Assembly: GCA_051006395.1 (NCBI GenBank)
Contig: JBPCTG010000074.1
Location: 1-55,776 of the forward strand
DNA from: Candidatus Limnocylindrus sp.
GTDB lineage: Bacteria; Chloroflexota; Limnocylindria; Limnocylindrales; Limnocylindraceae
DNA: 55,776 nucleotides
Direction: 5' to 3'
Shown: piece after piece, positions 26,755 through 35,832 of the stretch
Layout: every line of letters begins with the position of its first letter
How positions within the stretch are numbered: the stretch's first letter is position 1
Translations under genes and position numbers: made by a program
Notes under the pieces: model-generated
What the model saw: only the letters and a program-made list of their open reading frames with translations
What the model was told of the DNA's origin: nothing
The model's database searches: none

Positions 26755-27795
26755 ATGAGCAACGCGTCGGAGCGCCAGGGTCCCGGGCTCGTCGTAGCCG
26801 TCGTCGGCGCTACGGGTCTCGTCGGGCGCACAATGATCCAGATCCTCGAAGAGCGAAACTTCCCGGTCGCCGAGCTGCGCCCCCTCGCCGCAAGCGCCTC
26901 CGGTCGCAGGGTGCGCTTCCGGGGGGCTGAGATCCCCGTCGCCGAGGCGACGCCGGATGCTTTCGAGGGGGTTGACATCGCCCTCTTTAGCGCCGGCGCC
27001 GAGGCGAGTCTCCAGCTCGCCCCTGAGGCGGCGAAGCGCGGCTGCACGGTCGTCGACAACTCCAGTGCCTGGCGTATGGATCCCACCGTGCCCCTCGTCG
27101 TATCTCAGGTAAACCCCGAGGCACTCGACGGGCACCACGGGATCATCGCCAACCCGAACTGCTCCACGATGCAGCTGGCCCCGCTCCTTCACGCCCTGCA
27201 GGGGGCGGCCGGACTGCGACGCGTGGTCGTTGCCACCTACCAGGCGGTCTCCGGCGCAGGAGGCGACTCCGTGGAAGATTTGCGCGCGCAGCAACGCGCC
27301 CTCGTGGCGGGGGAGACCCCAGCCTCAACAACCGTGCGACACCCCGTAGTCCTGAGTCCGATCCCTGCAATCGATATCTTCCTCCCGGACGGGAGCACCA
27401 AGGAGGAGACGAAGGTCGTAAACGAGAGTCGCAAGATCCTCAGCCTCCCAGCGCTACGCATCAGCGCCACCGCTGTTCGCGTGCCGGTCGAGGTTGGCCA
27501 CTCCGAGGCGGTGCATGTTGAGCTGGAGCGACCACTCAGTCCCGAGAGCGCAAGGACAGTCTTTGCACAGACATCAGGTGTCTTTGTACAGGACGATCCA
27601 GCGACGCATACCTATCCGCTCGCAGCCGATGCGGCGGGGAGCGATGGAATTTTTGTCGGACGTGTCCGCGTTGACCAGAGTGTCGAGAATGGCTTGGCCT
27701 TCTGGGTCGTGAGCGACAATGTTCGCAAGGGAGCCGCCACCAACGCGGTAGAGATCGCAGAGCTGCTCGTCGCGCGCCGGCTGCTGCATGAGTGA
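26755..27795 (+). CDS. asd: Aspartate-semialdehyde dehydrogenase
   Basis: VAVVGATGLVGRTM, the active-site NPNCSTMQL, and SGAG. Confidence 0.95.
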   Translation: MSNASERQGPGLVVAVVGATGLVGRTMIQILEERNFPVAELRPLAASASGRRVRFRGAEIPVAEATPDAFEGVDIALFSAGAEASLQLAPEAAKRGCTVVDNSSAWRMDPTVPLVVSQVNPEALDGHHGIIANPNCSTMQLAPLLHALQGAAGLRRVVVATYQAVSGAGGDSVEDLRAQQRALVAGETPASTTVRHPVVLSPIPAIDIFLPDGSTKEETKVVNESRKILSLPALRISATAVRVPVEVGHSEAVHVELERPLSPESARTVFAQTSGVFVQDDPATHTYPLAADAAGSDGIFVGRVRVDQSVENGLAFWVVSDNVRKGAATNAVEIAELLVARRLLHE

Positions 27796-28486
27796 CGTCG
27801 CTGCACGGGATGCGGCGCTCAAGGCACTCGCAGTTGAGATCGAAGCGTGTCGCGCCTGCCCGCTCGGCTCCAGCCGCACCCGCAGTGTCCCCGGAGAGGG
27901 GAGTTCGACCGCGGAGATTGTTCTCGTCGGCGAAGGCCCAGGCGCCACAGAGGACGTCGAGGGGCGACCGTTTGTTGGCGCTGCAGGGCGACTGCTCGGT
28001 GGCCTCCTCGCGCTGATCGGCCTTAGGCGCGACGACGTTTACATCGTGAACGTAGTGAAGTGTCACCCGCCGGCGAATCGTGACCCAGAGCCCGAAGAGG
28101 TCGCCGCGTGCACCCCCTTCTTGCGCCGCCAGATGGAGATCCTCGACCCGCTCATCGTTGCGCCGCTTGGCCGCCACGCGCTGCACGCCTTTGCCCCTGC
28201 GGCAAAGATCTCCGCGGCCCACGGCAGTGTTGTTACCCCTGCATCGGGGGCACCGATCCCCACCGACGCGACGCTGCTCCCGCTCTATCACCCAGCGGCG
28301 GCGCTCCACAACGGATCGCTCCGTCCGACCCTTGAGCGTGACGTCGCGGCACTCGCCCGCGCCCTCGACCCCGCACGTGCCCGCCGGGCGGCTGCCCGCG
28401 GAGCGGGTGGGGCGGCTACCCTGTCCCAGATGCAGGAGTCCCCGGAGCAGCATCAGCTCCGACTCTTCGAAGGAGAGAACCCTTGA
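27788..28486 (+). CDS. Uracil-DNA glycosylase, family 4
   Basis: 8-nt overlap with asd (ATGAGTGA). CRACPL, GEGPG, GRPFVGAAG, VKCHPP. Confidence 0.88.
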   Translation: MSDVAARDAALKALAVEIEACRACPLGSSRTRSVPGEGSSTAEIVLVGEGPGATEDVEGRPFVGAAGRLLGGLLALIGLRRDDVYIVNVVKCHPPANRDPEPEEVAACTPFLRRQMEILDPLIVAPLGRHALHAFAPAAKISAAHGSVVTPASGAPIPTDATLLPLYHPAAALHNGSLRPTLERDVAALARALDPARARRAAARGAGGAATLSQMQESPEQHQLRLFEGENP

Positions 28487-30168
28487 GCCGACGACCTCAA
28501 CGCGCCCCTGTCGGGGGCCCGCCGTTTCGCTTTATCCCGCTCGGCGGGATGGGGGAGATCGGCAAGAACCTCTACGTCTATGAGTACGGCGACGAGATCA
28601 TCCTCGTTGATTGCGGCCTCGCCTTCCCCGACGAGACGACCCTCGGGGTCGACATCATCATCCCTGACGTCACCTACCTCCGCGAGCGCAAGCGTCAGAT
28701 GAAGGCGGTGGTGATCACCCACGCGCACGAGGACCATATCGGCGCCCTCCCGCACATCCTGCCGGAGTTCCCGGGGGTGCCCGTCTACGCGAGCACACTC
28801 GCCCGCGGGCTTCTCGCCAACAAGCTGAAAGAGGCGAAGGTCTCTGCGAATCCACTGCGCAAACTCGATCCAGGCGACCGACTCGAACTCGGCGTCTTCA
28901 CGATCGAGCCGTTCCGCGTCGGGCACTCGATCCCTGACGCGATGGGGCTCGCGATCCACACGCCGGTCGGAACCGTGGTTCACACTGGCGACTTCAAATT
29001 CGACCAGACGCCGGTTGATGGACGAGGGACCGACTTCGACATCCTTGCCAGGCTCGGCGCCGAAGGGGTCATCGCCCTCGTCTCCGACAGCACACGTGCT
29101 GAGGTACCCGGCTACACGCCGAGCGAGCGCGTTGTTGGTGAAACCTTCCGCGGGATCATGAGCGAGGCGCAGGGGCGTGTGATCGTCGCCACCTTTGCGT
29201 CGAACATCGCACGCATCCAGCAAGTGATCGATGCCGCCGAGGCGCTCGGGCGTCGCGTCGCCGTCGTTGGCCGCTCAATGGAACAGAATTCGAAGATCGC
29301 GCAAGAGCTCGGCTACCTCACCCTGAAGCGCCCGTTCATCTCCAAAGAGGAGATCGCGCGTCGCGTCAAAGAGCCGCTCGTTATAGCAACCACTGGAGCC
29401 CAGGGCGAACCGATGGCTGGCCTCGCAAAAATGGGGAACGCAGAGCATCGCAACGTCGAGATCCAGCTCGGCGATACCGTGATCGTCTCCGCATCGCCGA
29501 TCCCCGGAAACGAGGAGGCGGTCGGTCGCACGATCGACAATCTCTTCCGCAGCGGCGCCAACGTGATCTATCACTCCATCGCACCGGTGCACGTTTCCGG
29601 CCACGCCTCGCGCGAGGAGTTGAAGATGATGATCTCGCTCACCAAGCCGAAGAACTTCGTACCGATGCACGGCGAGATGCGGATGCAGGTCGCCCACGGT
29701 CGCCTCGCAACCGAAATGGGCGTCTCGCCGCAGAACGTCTTCATCACTGGTAATGGCGTGCCGATCGAGTTCCACGCCGACGGGAGCGCCCGACGACGAC
29801 CAGCGATCGCCCATGGCCAGGTGTTCGTCGATGGATCTTCGGTTGGCGAGATCAGCGAGGTGGTGCTACGCGACCGACGCACGCTTGCCGACGACGGCAT
29901 CGTCGTAGTGGTCGCATCGATCGATCGCAAGAGCGGTCGCCCGATCGGTCGCCCCGCGCTCGTCACGCGCGGATTCCTGAACGGTGACGAAGACAACAAG
30001 CTCGTAGAGCAGGCGATCGAGATTACGCTTCGCGCACTCCAGGCGAAGGGGGACCGCTCCTCTGAGCCTGCGCTCATCAAGGCCCAGATCAGCGAGGCCG
30101 TCTCGCGCTTCCTCCACCGCGAGACGAGGCGACGCCCGCTCGTCGTTCCGGTGGTCGTGGAGGTCTAG
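28483..30168 (+). CDS. rnj: Ribonuclease J
   Basis: The TTG start overlaps the udg stop (TTGA), with AGGAGAG 5 nt upstream. MBL motif THAHEDHIGALP, beta-CASP and C-terminal domain. Confidence 0.93.
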   Translation: MSRRPQRAPVGGPPFRFIPLGGMGEIGKNLYVYEYGDEIILVDCGLAFPDETTLGVDIIIPDVTYLRERKRQMKAVVITHAHEDHIGALPHILPEFPGVPVYASTLARGLLANKLKEAKVSANPLRKLDPGDRLELGVFTIEPFRVGHSIPDAMGLAIHTPVGTVVHTGDFKFDQTPVDGRGTDFDILARLGAEGVIALVSDSTRAEVPGYTPSERVVGETFRGIMSEAQGRVIVATFASNIARIQQVIDAAEALGRRVAVVGRSMEQNSKIAQELGYLTLKRPFISKEEIARRVKEPLVIATTGAQGEPMAGLAKMGNAEHRNVEIQLGDTVIVSASPIPGNEEAVGRTIDNLFRSGANVIYHSIAPVHVSGHASREELKMMISLTKPKNFVPMHGEMRMQVAHGRLATEMGVSPQNVFITGNGVPIEFHADGSARRRPAIAHGQVFVDGSSVGEISEVVLRDRRTLADDGIVVVVASIDRKSGRPIGRPALVTRGFLNGDEDNKLVEQAIEITLRALQAKGDRSSEPALIKAQISEAVSRFLHRETRRRPLVVPVVVEV

Positions 30169-30171
30169 ATC

Positions 30172-32436
30172 GTGGCGCGTAAGTCGCGTTCATCTGATCG
30201 CGCCGGGGGGCGCTTCGCGAGCAGCAGCGCGCTTCGTACGATCATCTTTCTCGCCTTTGCGGTAACTGGCGTGGTGCTGGCCGTTGGCCTACTTCTTCCA
30301 GGCCGTGGCCTGCTTGCCGACGCGCTGCGCGACGTCATCGCCCCTTGGTTCGGCGCGGGGAGGTGGATCCTTCCGCCCGCGCTCATCGGCTTCGGGATTT
30401 GGTACGAGCGTCGGGCCGAGAGCGCCACGCGCCTTCAAATCCGTATCACCCTCGCACTCGTGGCGCTGATCGCCCTCCACGCGATCATCGAGATCCTCCT
30501 CCCCGGAAGAGGCGGAGCCATCGGGCGCATTGCCGGAAACGGCCTCTCCGGGCTCCTGACCTCAATCGGTGCGCTCGCCGTGTGGACTGCGATCCTTATT
30601 GGCATCGGCCTCCTGCTCGCGGAAACGCAGGTGCGGCGCCTCTTCTCGCTTCTCTTCGGCACCGCCACGCTCGGCGCCGGCGCCGTGGCGAAGGGAGTCG
30701 GTGGCATCGCCGCCGCCCGCGAGGCGGCGCGTGAGCGTCGCGCCGCGGCGGCCGATGCAGAGCTTTCGCCAAGCGAAGAAGACGATGAGGCTGCTGAAGG
30801 CTGGGACGACAACGAAGATGATGATGAAGAGAAGATTGATGAAGCACAACCGATCGCCGCACAAGCGGCCGCGGCACCCGCACCGCTCTCGGCCACCTTT
30901 GCCCCGCCACGCGCCGCAGGGGCGAGCGTGCGCGATGGGGCACCGATCCGCCGTGGCGGCGCACTCGGCTCTGGTGAAGGCCGCTCCTACGAACTCCCCG
31001 AACTCGAACTGCTCGAAGCCCATGCTGTTGGCAAGGGCGGCGCCGGCATGGATCACGACGCGAACAGCCGAATCATCGTCGAGAAGCTCGCGAGCTTCGG
31101 CATTCCGACCGAAGTGGTCGGCATGAGCGCCGGTCCAGTCGTCACGCAGTACGAGCTGGAGCCGGACCCCTCCGTGCGCGTGAGCAGGATCGAAGCGCTG
31201 AGCGACGATCTCGCCATGGCGCTATCGGCCCGTTCGATTCGCATTGAGGCGCCGATCCCTGGGCGTTCAGTTGTAGGAATCGAGATTCCGAACCGTGACA
31301 CGCACATCGTAGGCCTGCGCAGCATCTTCGAAGAGGTTGAGTTTGCCAGTGGCGCGTCGCAGTTGGTGTTTGCTCTCGGGCGCGATGTGGCGGGCGCAGC
31401 CCGCGCTGCAGATCTAACCCGCATGCCCCACCTGCTCATCGCCGGCGCGACTGGCTCCGGGAAGAGCGTCATGGTGAACGCGCTGATCGCATCGCTCCTC
31501 TTCCGCTCGCGACCACAGGAGTTGCGCCTGATCCTCGTCGACCCGAAGCGCGTTGAGCTCTCCGGCTACAACGGGCTCCCGCACCTACTCGTTCCGGTGA
31601 TCACTGAGGCCGACAAGGCATCGGCCGCCCTGCGCTGGGCGGTCACCGAGATGGAGTCGCGTTACCGCATCTTCGCGGCGGCTGGCTCGCGTAACCTCGC
31701 CGCGTACAACGAGAGCCGCGCAGACGACAACGACCGCCTCCCGTTCATCGTGATCATCATCGACGAGCTCGCCGATCTGATGATGCAAGACGGTCGTGCC
31801 ACCGAGGAGCCGATCGTGCGCATCGCCCAGAAGGCGCGCGCCACCGGGATCCACATGGTGTTGGCAACGCAACGACCCTCAGTGAACGTCGTTACCGGGC
31901 TCATCAAGGCGAATATCCCGAGCCGAATCGCCTTCTCGATGGCGAGCCAGATCGACTCTCGCACGGTGCTCGACGCACCGGGGGCAGAGGACTTGATCGG
32001 TCGCGGCGACATGCTCTTCCAGCCCTCCGACGCGCCGAAGCCAATCCGCCTGCAGGGCGTCTTCGTCTCTGATGCGGAGATCGCGGCAGTCGTGGAGCAT
32101 TGGCGGAACCAGGGTCTCCCTGACTACCAAATGGACATCGTCGAAGCGGGTGGCGGCGCTCCGGGCACAGGCGGATCTCGCGGCGATGGGGGAGGCGAGG
32201 AGGCCGATCGACTCTTTGAGGAGGCGGTAGCGGTGGTCCAGGAGCATGACCGCGCTTCGGCCTCGCTCCTGCAGCGTCGCCTACGCATCGGCTACGCTCG
32301 CGCGGCGCGAATCATCGACCAGCTCGAGGAGCGCGGCTACATCGGCGCTTTCGACGGATCGAATGCGCGCGTCGTGAACCGCAACGCTGCGATGCGTGAC
32401 GGCGGTGCACCAAGCGCAGATGAGGAGCAGGGATGA
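30172..32436 (+). CDS. ftsK: DNA translocase FtsK/SpoIIIE
   Basis: N-terminal TM segments and an acidic linker. IAGATGSGKSVMVNALI, IIIDELADLM, and the gamma winged helix (LLQRRLRIGYARAARIIDQLEERG). Confidence 0.93.
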   Translation: MARKSRSSDRAGGRFASSSALRTIIFLAFAVTGVVLAVGLLLPGRGLLADALRDVIAPWFGAGRWILPPALIGFGIWYERRAESATRLQIRITLALVALIALHAIIEILLPGRGGAIGRIAGNGLSGLLTSIGALAVWTAILIGIGLLLAETQVRRLFSLLFGTATLGAGAVAKGVGGIAAAREAARERRAAAADAELSPSEEDDEAAEGWDDNEDDDEEKIDEAQPIAAQAAAAPAPLSATFAPPRAAGASVRDGAPIRRGGALGSGEGRSYELPELELLEAHAVGKGGAGMDHDANSRIIVEKLASFGIPTEVVGMSAGPVVTQYELEPDPSVRVSRIEALSDDLAMALSARSIRIEAPIPGRSVVGIEIPNRDTHIVGLRSIFEEVEFASGASQLVFALGRDVAGAARAADLTRMPHLLIAGATGSGKSVMVNALIASLLFRSRPQELRLILVDPKRVELSGYNGLPHLLVPVITEADKASAALRWAVTEMESRYRIFAAAGSRNLAAYNESRADDNDRLPFIVIIIDELADLMMQDGRATEEPIVRIAQKARATGIHMVLATQRPSVNVVTGLIKANIPSRIAFSMASQIDSRTVLDAPGAEDLIGRGDMLFQPSDAPKPIRLQGVFVSDAEIAAVVEHWRNQGLPDYQMDIVEAGGGAPGTGGSRGDGGGEEADRLFEEAVAVVQEHDRASASLLQRRLRIGYARAARIIDQLEERGYIGAFDGSNARVVNRNAAMRDGGAPSADEEQG

Positions 32437-33689
32437 GCGATGAGCGACGGAGCGTCGGCGGAGGGGCGCGCCTGCGCGCCGCCCGAGAGGCGCGAGGGAT
32501 CAGCATCGAGAGCGTTGCCGCAGAACTGCGCATTCGCGTGCCGATCATCCGCGGTCTCGAGGCAGAGGATCCTATGTACCTTCCAGAACGCATCTACACG
32601 CTCGGCATGCTTCGCACCTACGCCACCTACCTCGACCTCGACCCTGAGGCGATCGTCGGAAGCTGGGCTGGCTTTCCTGCGATCACGCGCGCCGCGGCAA
32701 CCTATCGCTCCGATGAGTCGAGCCGCTCCCCACGCTTCGCAAGCGGCGCCCTGCGTAGCCTCACCACCTACGGCGGCATCGGCATCCTTGCGATCGTCGT
32801 TGCGCTCTTCGTCGGCGCCCAAGTCCTTCGCTACGCCGCGCCACCGTCGCTCAGCATCGAGACGCCGGCGCAAGCGGTCAGCACCCTTGACGCAGAGACG
32901 GTCTCGGTCGAGATGCGCGGAACCTCAAACTCCAAGGCGCGGATCCGCATCGAGCGTCTCGGCGGAGAGACGATCACGGCGATTGCCGACGAGACGGGGC
33001 TCTGGAGCGTTGAGGTGCCCCTCGACCGCGGAAAGAACGAGCTGAGCATTACTGCGCTCGACGACGGCACCGGCACGGCGAGTGCGGAAACCCTGACTCG
33101 CGTCTTGATCGTGCCCCTGCCGACGGGGGGCGGCCCAAAGCTCGAGCTCCTCGACCCTACTGAAGGGGCACGCATCGAGAACGCCCCTGTGCGTATCGAG
33201 GCATCAAGCGAGCCTGGCCAGGTCCTCTCCGTCACTGCAACCCCGGCAACTGGGAGCCCTGTTGTGACGCAGTTCACCGCAGACTCCTCGGGCGGCATTG
33301 CCTCTGATCTCCTCCTGCCAGCAGGGGAGTGGCGCATCACCCTTGCCGCAGCAGGGCTCGGCGGCGCGACGAGCACGGTTGAACGCAGCGTCAACGTCAC
33401 CTACAGCGGCGTGGTCGTCACGGTGGAGGCGACGGGCTCTGGCTCCTGGGTGCGAGCCTGGAGTGATGGGGTTGTCGACCCCACGACGGGGAGTACCGGG
33501 CTCACGCTCGTTAAGGGCGGCCGCTTCACCATCAAGGCGACGCGACTCGTGGAGCTCCGCTTCGGGAGTCCGGCCTCGCTTACCCTCAGCCTCAACGGTC
33601 GTATCCTTGATCGGCTCGGCGAGGTCGGCGTGACCGGCGCGTGGGCCTTCGCCCCGAACGGGAGCGTGACGCCGTCGAACCGAAAGTAG
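32433..33689 (+). CDS. RodZ-like protein: XRE-type HTH, one TM helix, two Ig-like repeats, DUF4115-like C-terminus
   Basis: ATGA overlap with ftsK. LRAAREARGISIESVAAELRIRVPIIRGLE, TM GIGILAIVVALFVGA, C-terminal WVRAWSDG...RFGSPASLTLSLNG. Confidence 0.72.
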   Translation: MSDERRSVGGGARLRAAREARGISIESVAAELRIRVPIIRGLEAEDPMYLPERIYTLGMLRTYATYLDLDPEAIVGSWAGFPAITRAAATYRSDESSRSPRFASGALRSLTTYGGIGILAIVVALFVGAQVLRYAAPPSLSIETPAQAVSTLDAETVSVEMRGTSNSKARIRIERLGGETITAIADETGLWSVEVPLDRGKNELSITALDDGTGTASAETLTRVLIVPLPTGGGPKLELLDPTEGARIENAPVRIEASSEPGQVLSVTATPATGSPVVTQFTADSSGGIASDLLLPAGEWRITLAAAGLGGATSTVERSVNVTYSGVVVTVEATGSGSWVRAWSDGVVDPTTGSTGLTLVKGGRFTIKATRLVELRFGSPASLTLSLNGRILDRLGEVGVTGAWAFAPNGSVTPSNRK

Positions 33690-33702
33690 CAAACGTAGTA
33701 CG

Positions 33703-33708
33703 TAGTAT
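33703..33708 (+). promoter_or_regulatory. Possible -10 hexamer (TAGTAT) for yajQ inside a tandem 7-mer
   Basis: ACGTAGT ACGTAGT (33693-33706) contains TAGTAT. AGGAGG Shine-Dalgarno at 33725-33730. Confidence 0.3.
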
Positions 33709-33736
33709 CGACGCGATGAAGATCAGGAGGTGAGTA

Positions 33737-34228
33737 ATGTCAGGCGATAACTCCTTTGACGTCGTTTCAGACTTTGACCGCCAAGAGCTGAAGAACGCCC
33801 TCGATCAAGCGCGCCGCGAGGTCGCCACACGCTACGACTTCCGTGGCGCTATGGCAGAGATTGAAGAGGAGAAGGAGACGCTCATCGTGCGCGTCGACGG
33901 CGAGCTGCGCCTTAAGGCGCTTCGCGACATCCTCGAATCAAAGGCGGTGAAGCGTGGCGTTGACCTAAGGACGTTTGACTGGGGGAAGCACGAGGCAGCC
34001 GGTGGCGACACCCTTCGGGTCGTAGTAAAGCTGCGCCGCGGTCTCGACGATACGACCGCAAAGCAGATCGCAAAATCGATTCGCGACGCCTTCCCGAAAG
34101 TGAAGACGCAAATCCAGGGCCCAGCAGTGCGCGTGACAGGAAAGTCGCGTGACGAGCTCCAAGCGGTCATAGAACTTCTGCGCGGGCTGCCGCTCGACGT
34201 GCCGCTGCAATTCGAAAACTACCGCTGA
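33737..34228 (+). CDS. yajQ: YajQ family (UPF0234) nucleotide-binding protein
   Basis: SFDVVSDFDRQELKNALDQARREVATRYDFRG, 163 aa. Confidence 0.9.
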   Translation: MSGDNSFDVVSDFDRQELKNALDQARREVATRYDFRGAMAEIEEEKETLIVRVDGELRLKALRDILESKAVKRGVDLRTFDWGKHEAAGGDTLRVVVKLRRGLDDTTAKQIAKSIRDAFPKVKTQIQGPAVRVTGKSRDELQAVIELLRGLPLDVPLQFENYR

Positions 34229-34231
34229 GCC

Positions 34232-35803
34232 GTGACCCGCTCGGTCGACGAGATCGGAGCCGGACTCGCGCCCGCTAGGGGCGGCGCCCCCTTTGCGCCG
34301 GGAGTCAGGCTGCACGTGATGGGTGTCGGCGGGACGGCCGCCCTCGGCGCCGCCCTGCACGCTCGCGCGCTTGGCCTCGACGTCACGGGGTGTGATCGCG
34401 ACCTTTCGGAGGAGAGCGCCGCGATGCTCGACACCGCCGGAATCAAGATCGTCGGCGGCGAGAGGGGCGATCACCTTGAAAGTAGAACGCACCTCGCAGT
34501 CTCGAAGGCGATCACGAGCGTCACGCCGAACCATCCCGAGCTTGGTGCAGCTAGAGCGGCGGGCATCCCGCTCCTCTCCGTGCAGCAGCTGATCGCCGAT
34601 GCCGCCGCGACCCGCGGTGGCGCACTGCTCGGCGTTGCAGGGACACACGGTAAGACCACTTCAACGGGATGGCTGCTGGCGGCACTCCGCGCCTCTGGTC
34701 GCGACCCATCGGCGTTCGTCGGCGGTCCACTCAACGCCACGGACGGCACCCCTCCAGGTTCGCCGGTGCACATTGGAGCTGAGCAGGGGTTCATCGTCGA
34801 AGCCGACGAGTACGGGGGAAACTTTGACCCGTACGCCGCCGATTCGGCGCTCATCTTGAACGCCGACTGGGACCACCCCGACATCTTTGCGGATCTCGAC
34901 GCGGTGGTGGCAACGTTCGCCGCCTGGGCGCGCCCTGTCCTTGCGCGCGGGGTCGTCGTCATCAACACTGCCGACCGCGGTGGTGCCGCTATCGTCACGG
35001 CGCTTGCGAGGAGCACGACAGTGGCAGAGCGCAGAAACCTCATCACCTACGCCGTCCGTGCGCACGGACATGACGACCACAACGACACGGCGAGCAATGC
35101 GTCCAACATGACGCGCGCGGATGCCGAGGCGTCACTCATCGTGGGGGAGCGGGGAGCGGTCGCCCTCGACGATCTAAGGATCTCTCCACGCGCGGCAGCG
35201 CTCCTCCCTGTGGCGGAGGCCCTCGCAGGACGGCGGCTCCCGATTGGGCTTCTCGGCGCGCACAACGCGGCGAACGCCCTCGGCGTCGCGCTCCTTGCCG
35301 CCGCTAACGGCGGCAGCGCCGCAGGCATCGCGACAGTGCTTGCGGGCTTCGGCGGAGTTGGCCGACGCCTTGAGGTGCGCTTCGACGACGGAGCGTGCAC
35401 GGTACTTGACGACTACGGTCACCATCCAACGGCGATCCGAGCGACGATTGAAACAGTTCGCGCGCGGTATCCGGGGCGACACCTGCTCCTTGCCATCGAG
35501 CCGCTGACCTACCACCGCACCGCGGCGCTCCTCGAGCCACTCGCGACCGCTGCGGCCCTGGCAGATTCGGTCGTGGTGGCGGACATCTTTGCGGTGCGCG
35601 ACCCAGATCTCAGCATCAGCAGCGCTGGAGCGCTCGCCGCCGCGGTCGCCCGCCACGGTGTCCCTGCAACCGCACCGGGGAGTGTTGAGGCGGCGGCAGA
35701 TGCCATCGCTGCAGCGCTCCCAGCGAACGCCGTAGTGCTGGTGATGGGCGGCGGTCGATCGACGCTCCTCGCGACGCGTCTGGCGGGTCACCTCAACTCG
35801 TAG
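34232..35803 (+). CDS. Mur ligase family protein, MurC/Mpl-like (UDP-N-acetylmuramate-utilising ligase)
   Basis: VMGVGGTAALGAA, GVAGTHGKTTSTG, IVEADEYGGNF, GAHNAANALGVA, FGGVGRRLEV, DDYGHHPTAI. Confidence 0.8.
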   Translation: MTRSVDEIGAGLAPARGGAPFAPGVRLHVMGVGGTAALGAALHARALGLDVTGCDRDLSEESAAMLDTAGIKIVGGERGDHLESRTHLAVSKAITSVTPNHPELGAARAAGIPLLSVQQLIADAAATRGGALLGVAGTHGKTTSTGWLLAALRASGRDPSAFVGGPLNATDGTPPGSPVHIGAEQGFIVEADEYGGNFDPYAADSALILNADWDHPDIFADLDAVVATFAAWARPVLARGVVVINTADRGGAAIVTALARSTTVAERRNLITYAVRAHGHDDHNDTASNASNMTRADAEASLIVGERGAVALDDLRISPRAAALLPVAEALAGRRLPIGLLGAHNAANALGVALLAAANGGSAAGIATVLAGFGGVGRRLEVRFDDGACTVLDDYGHHPTAIRATIETVRARYPGRHLLLAIEPLTYHRTAALLEPLATAAALADSVVVADIFAVRDPDLSISSAGALAAAVARHGVPATAPGSVEAAADAIAAALPANAVVLVMGGGRSTLLATRLAGHLNS

Positions 35804-35832
35804 TCCCCGCGCTACGAGAGTGCTTAGCGGCG

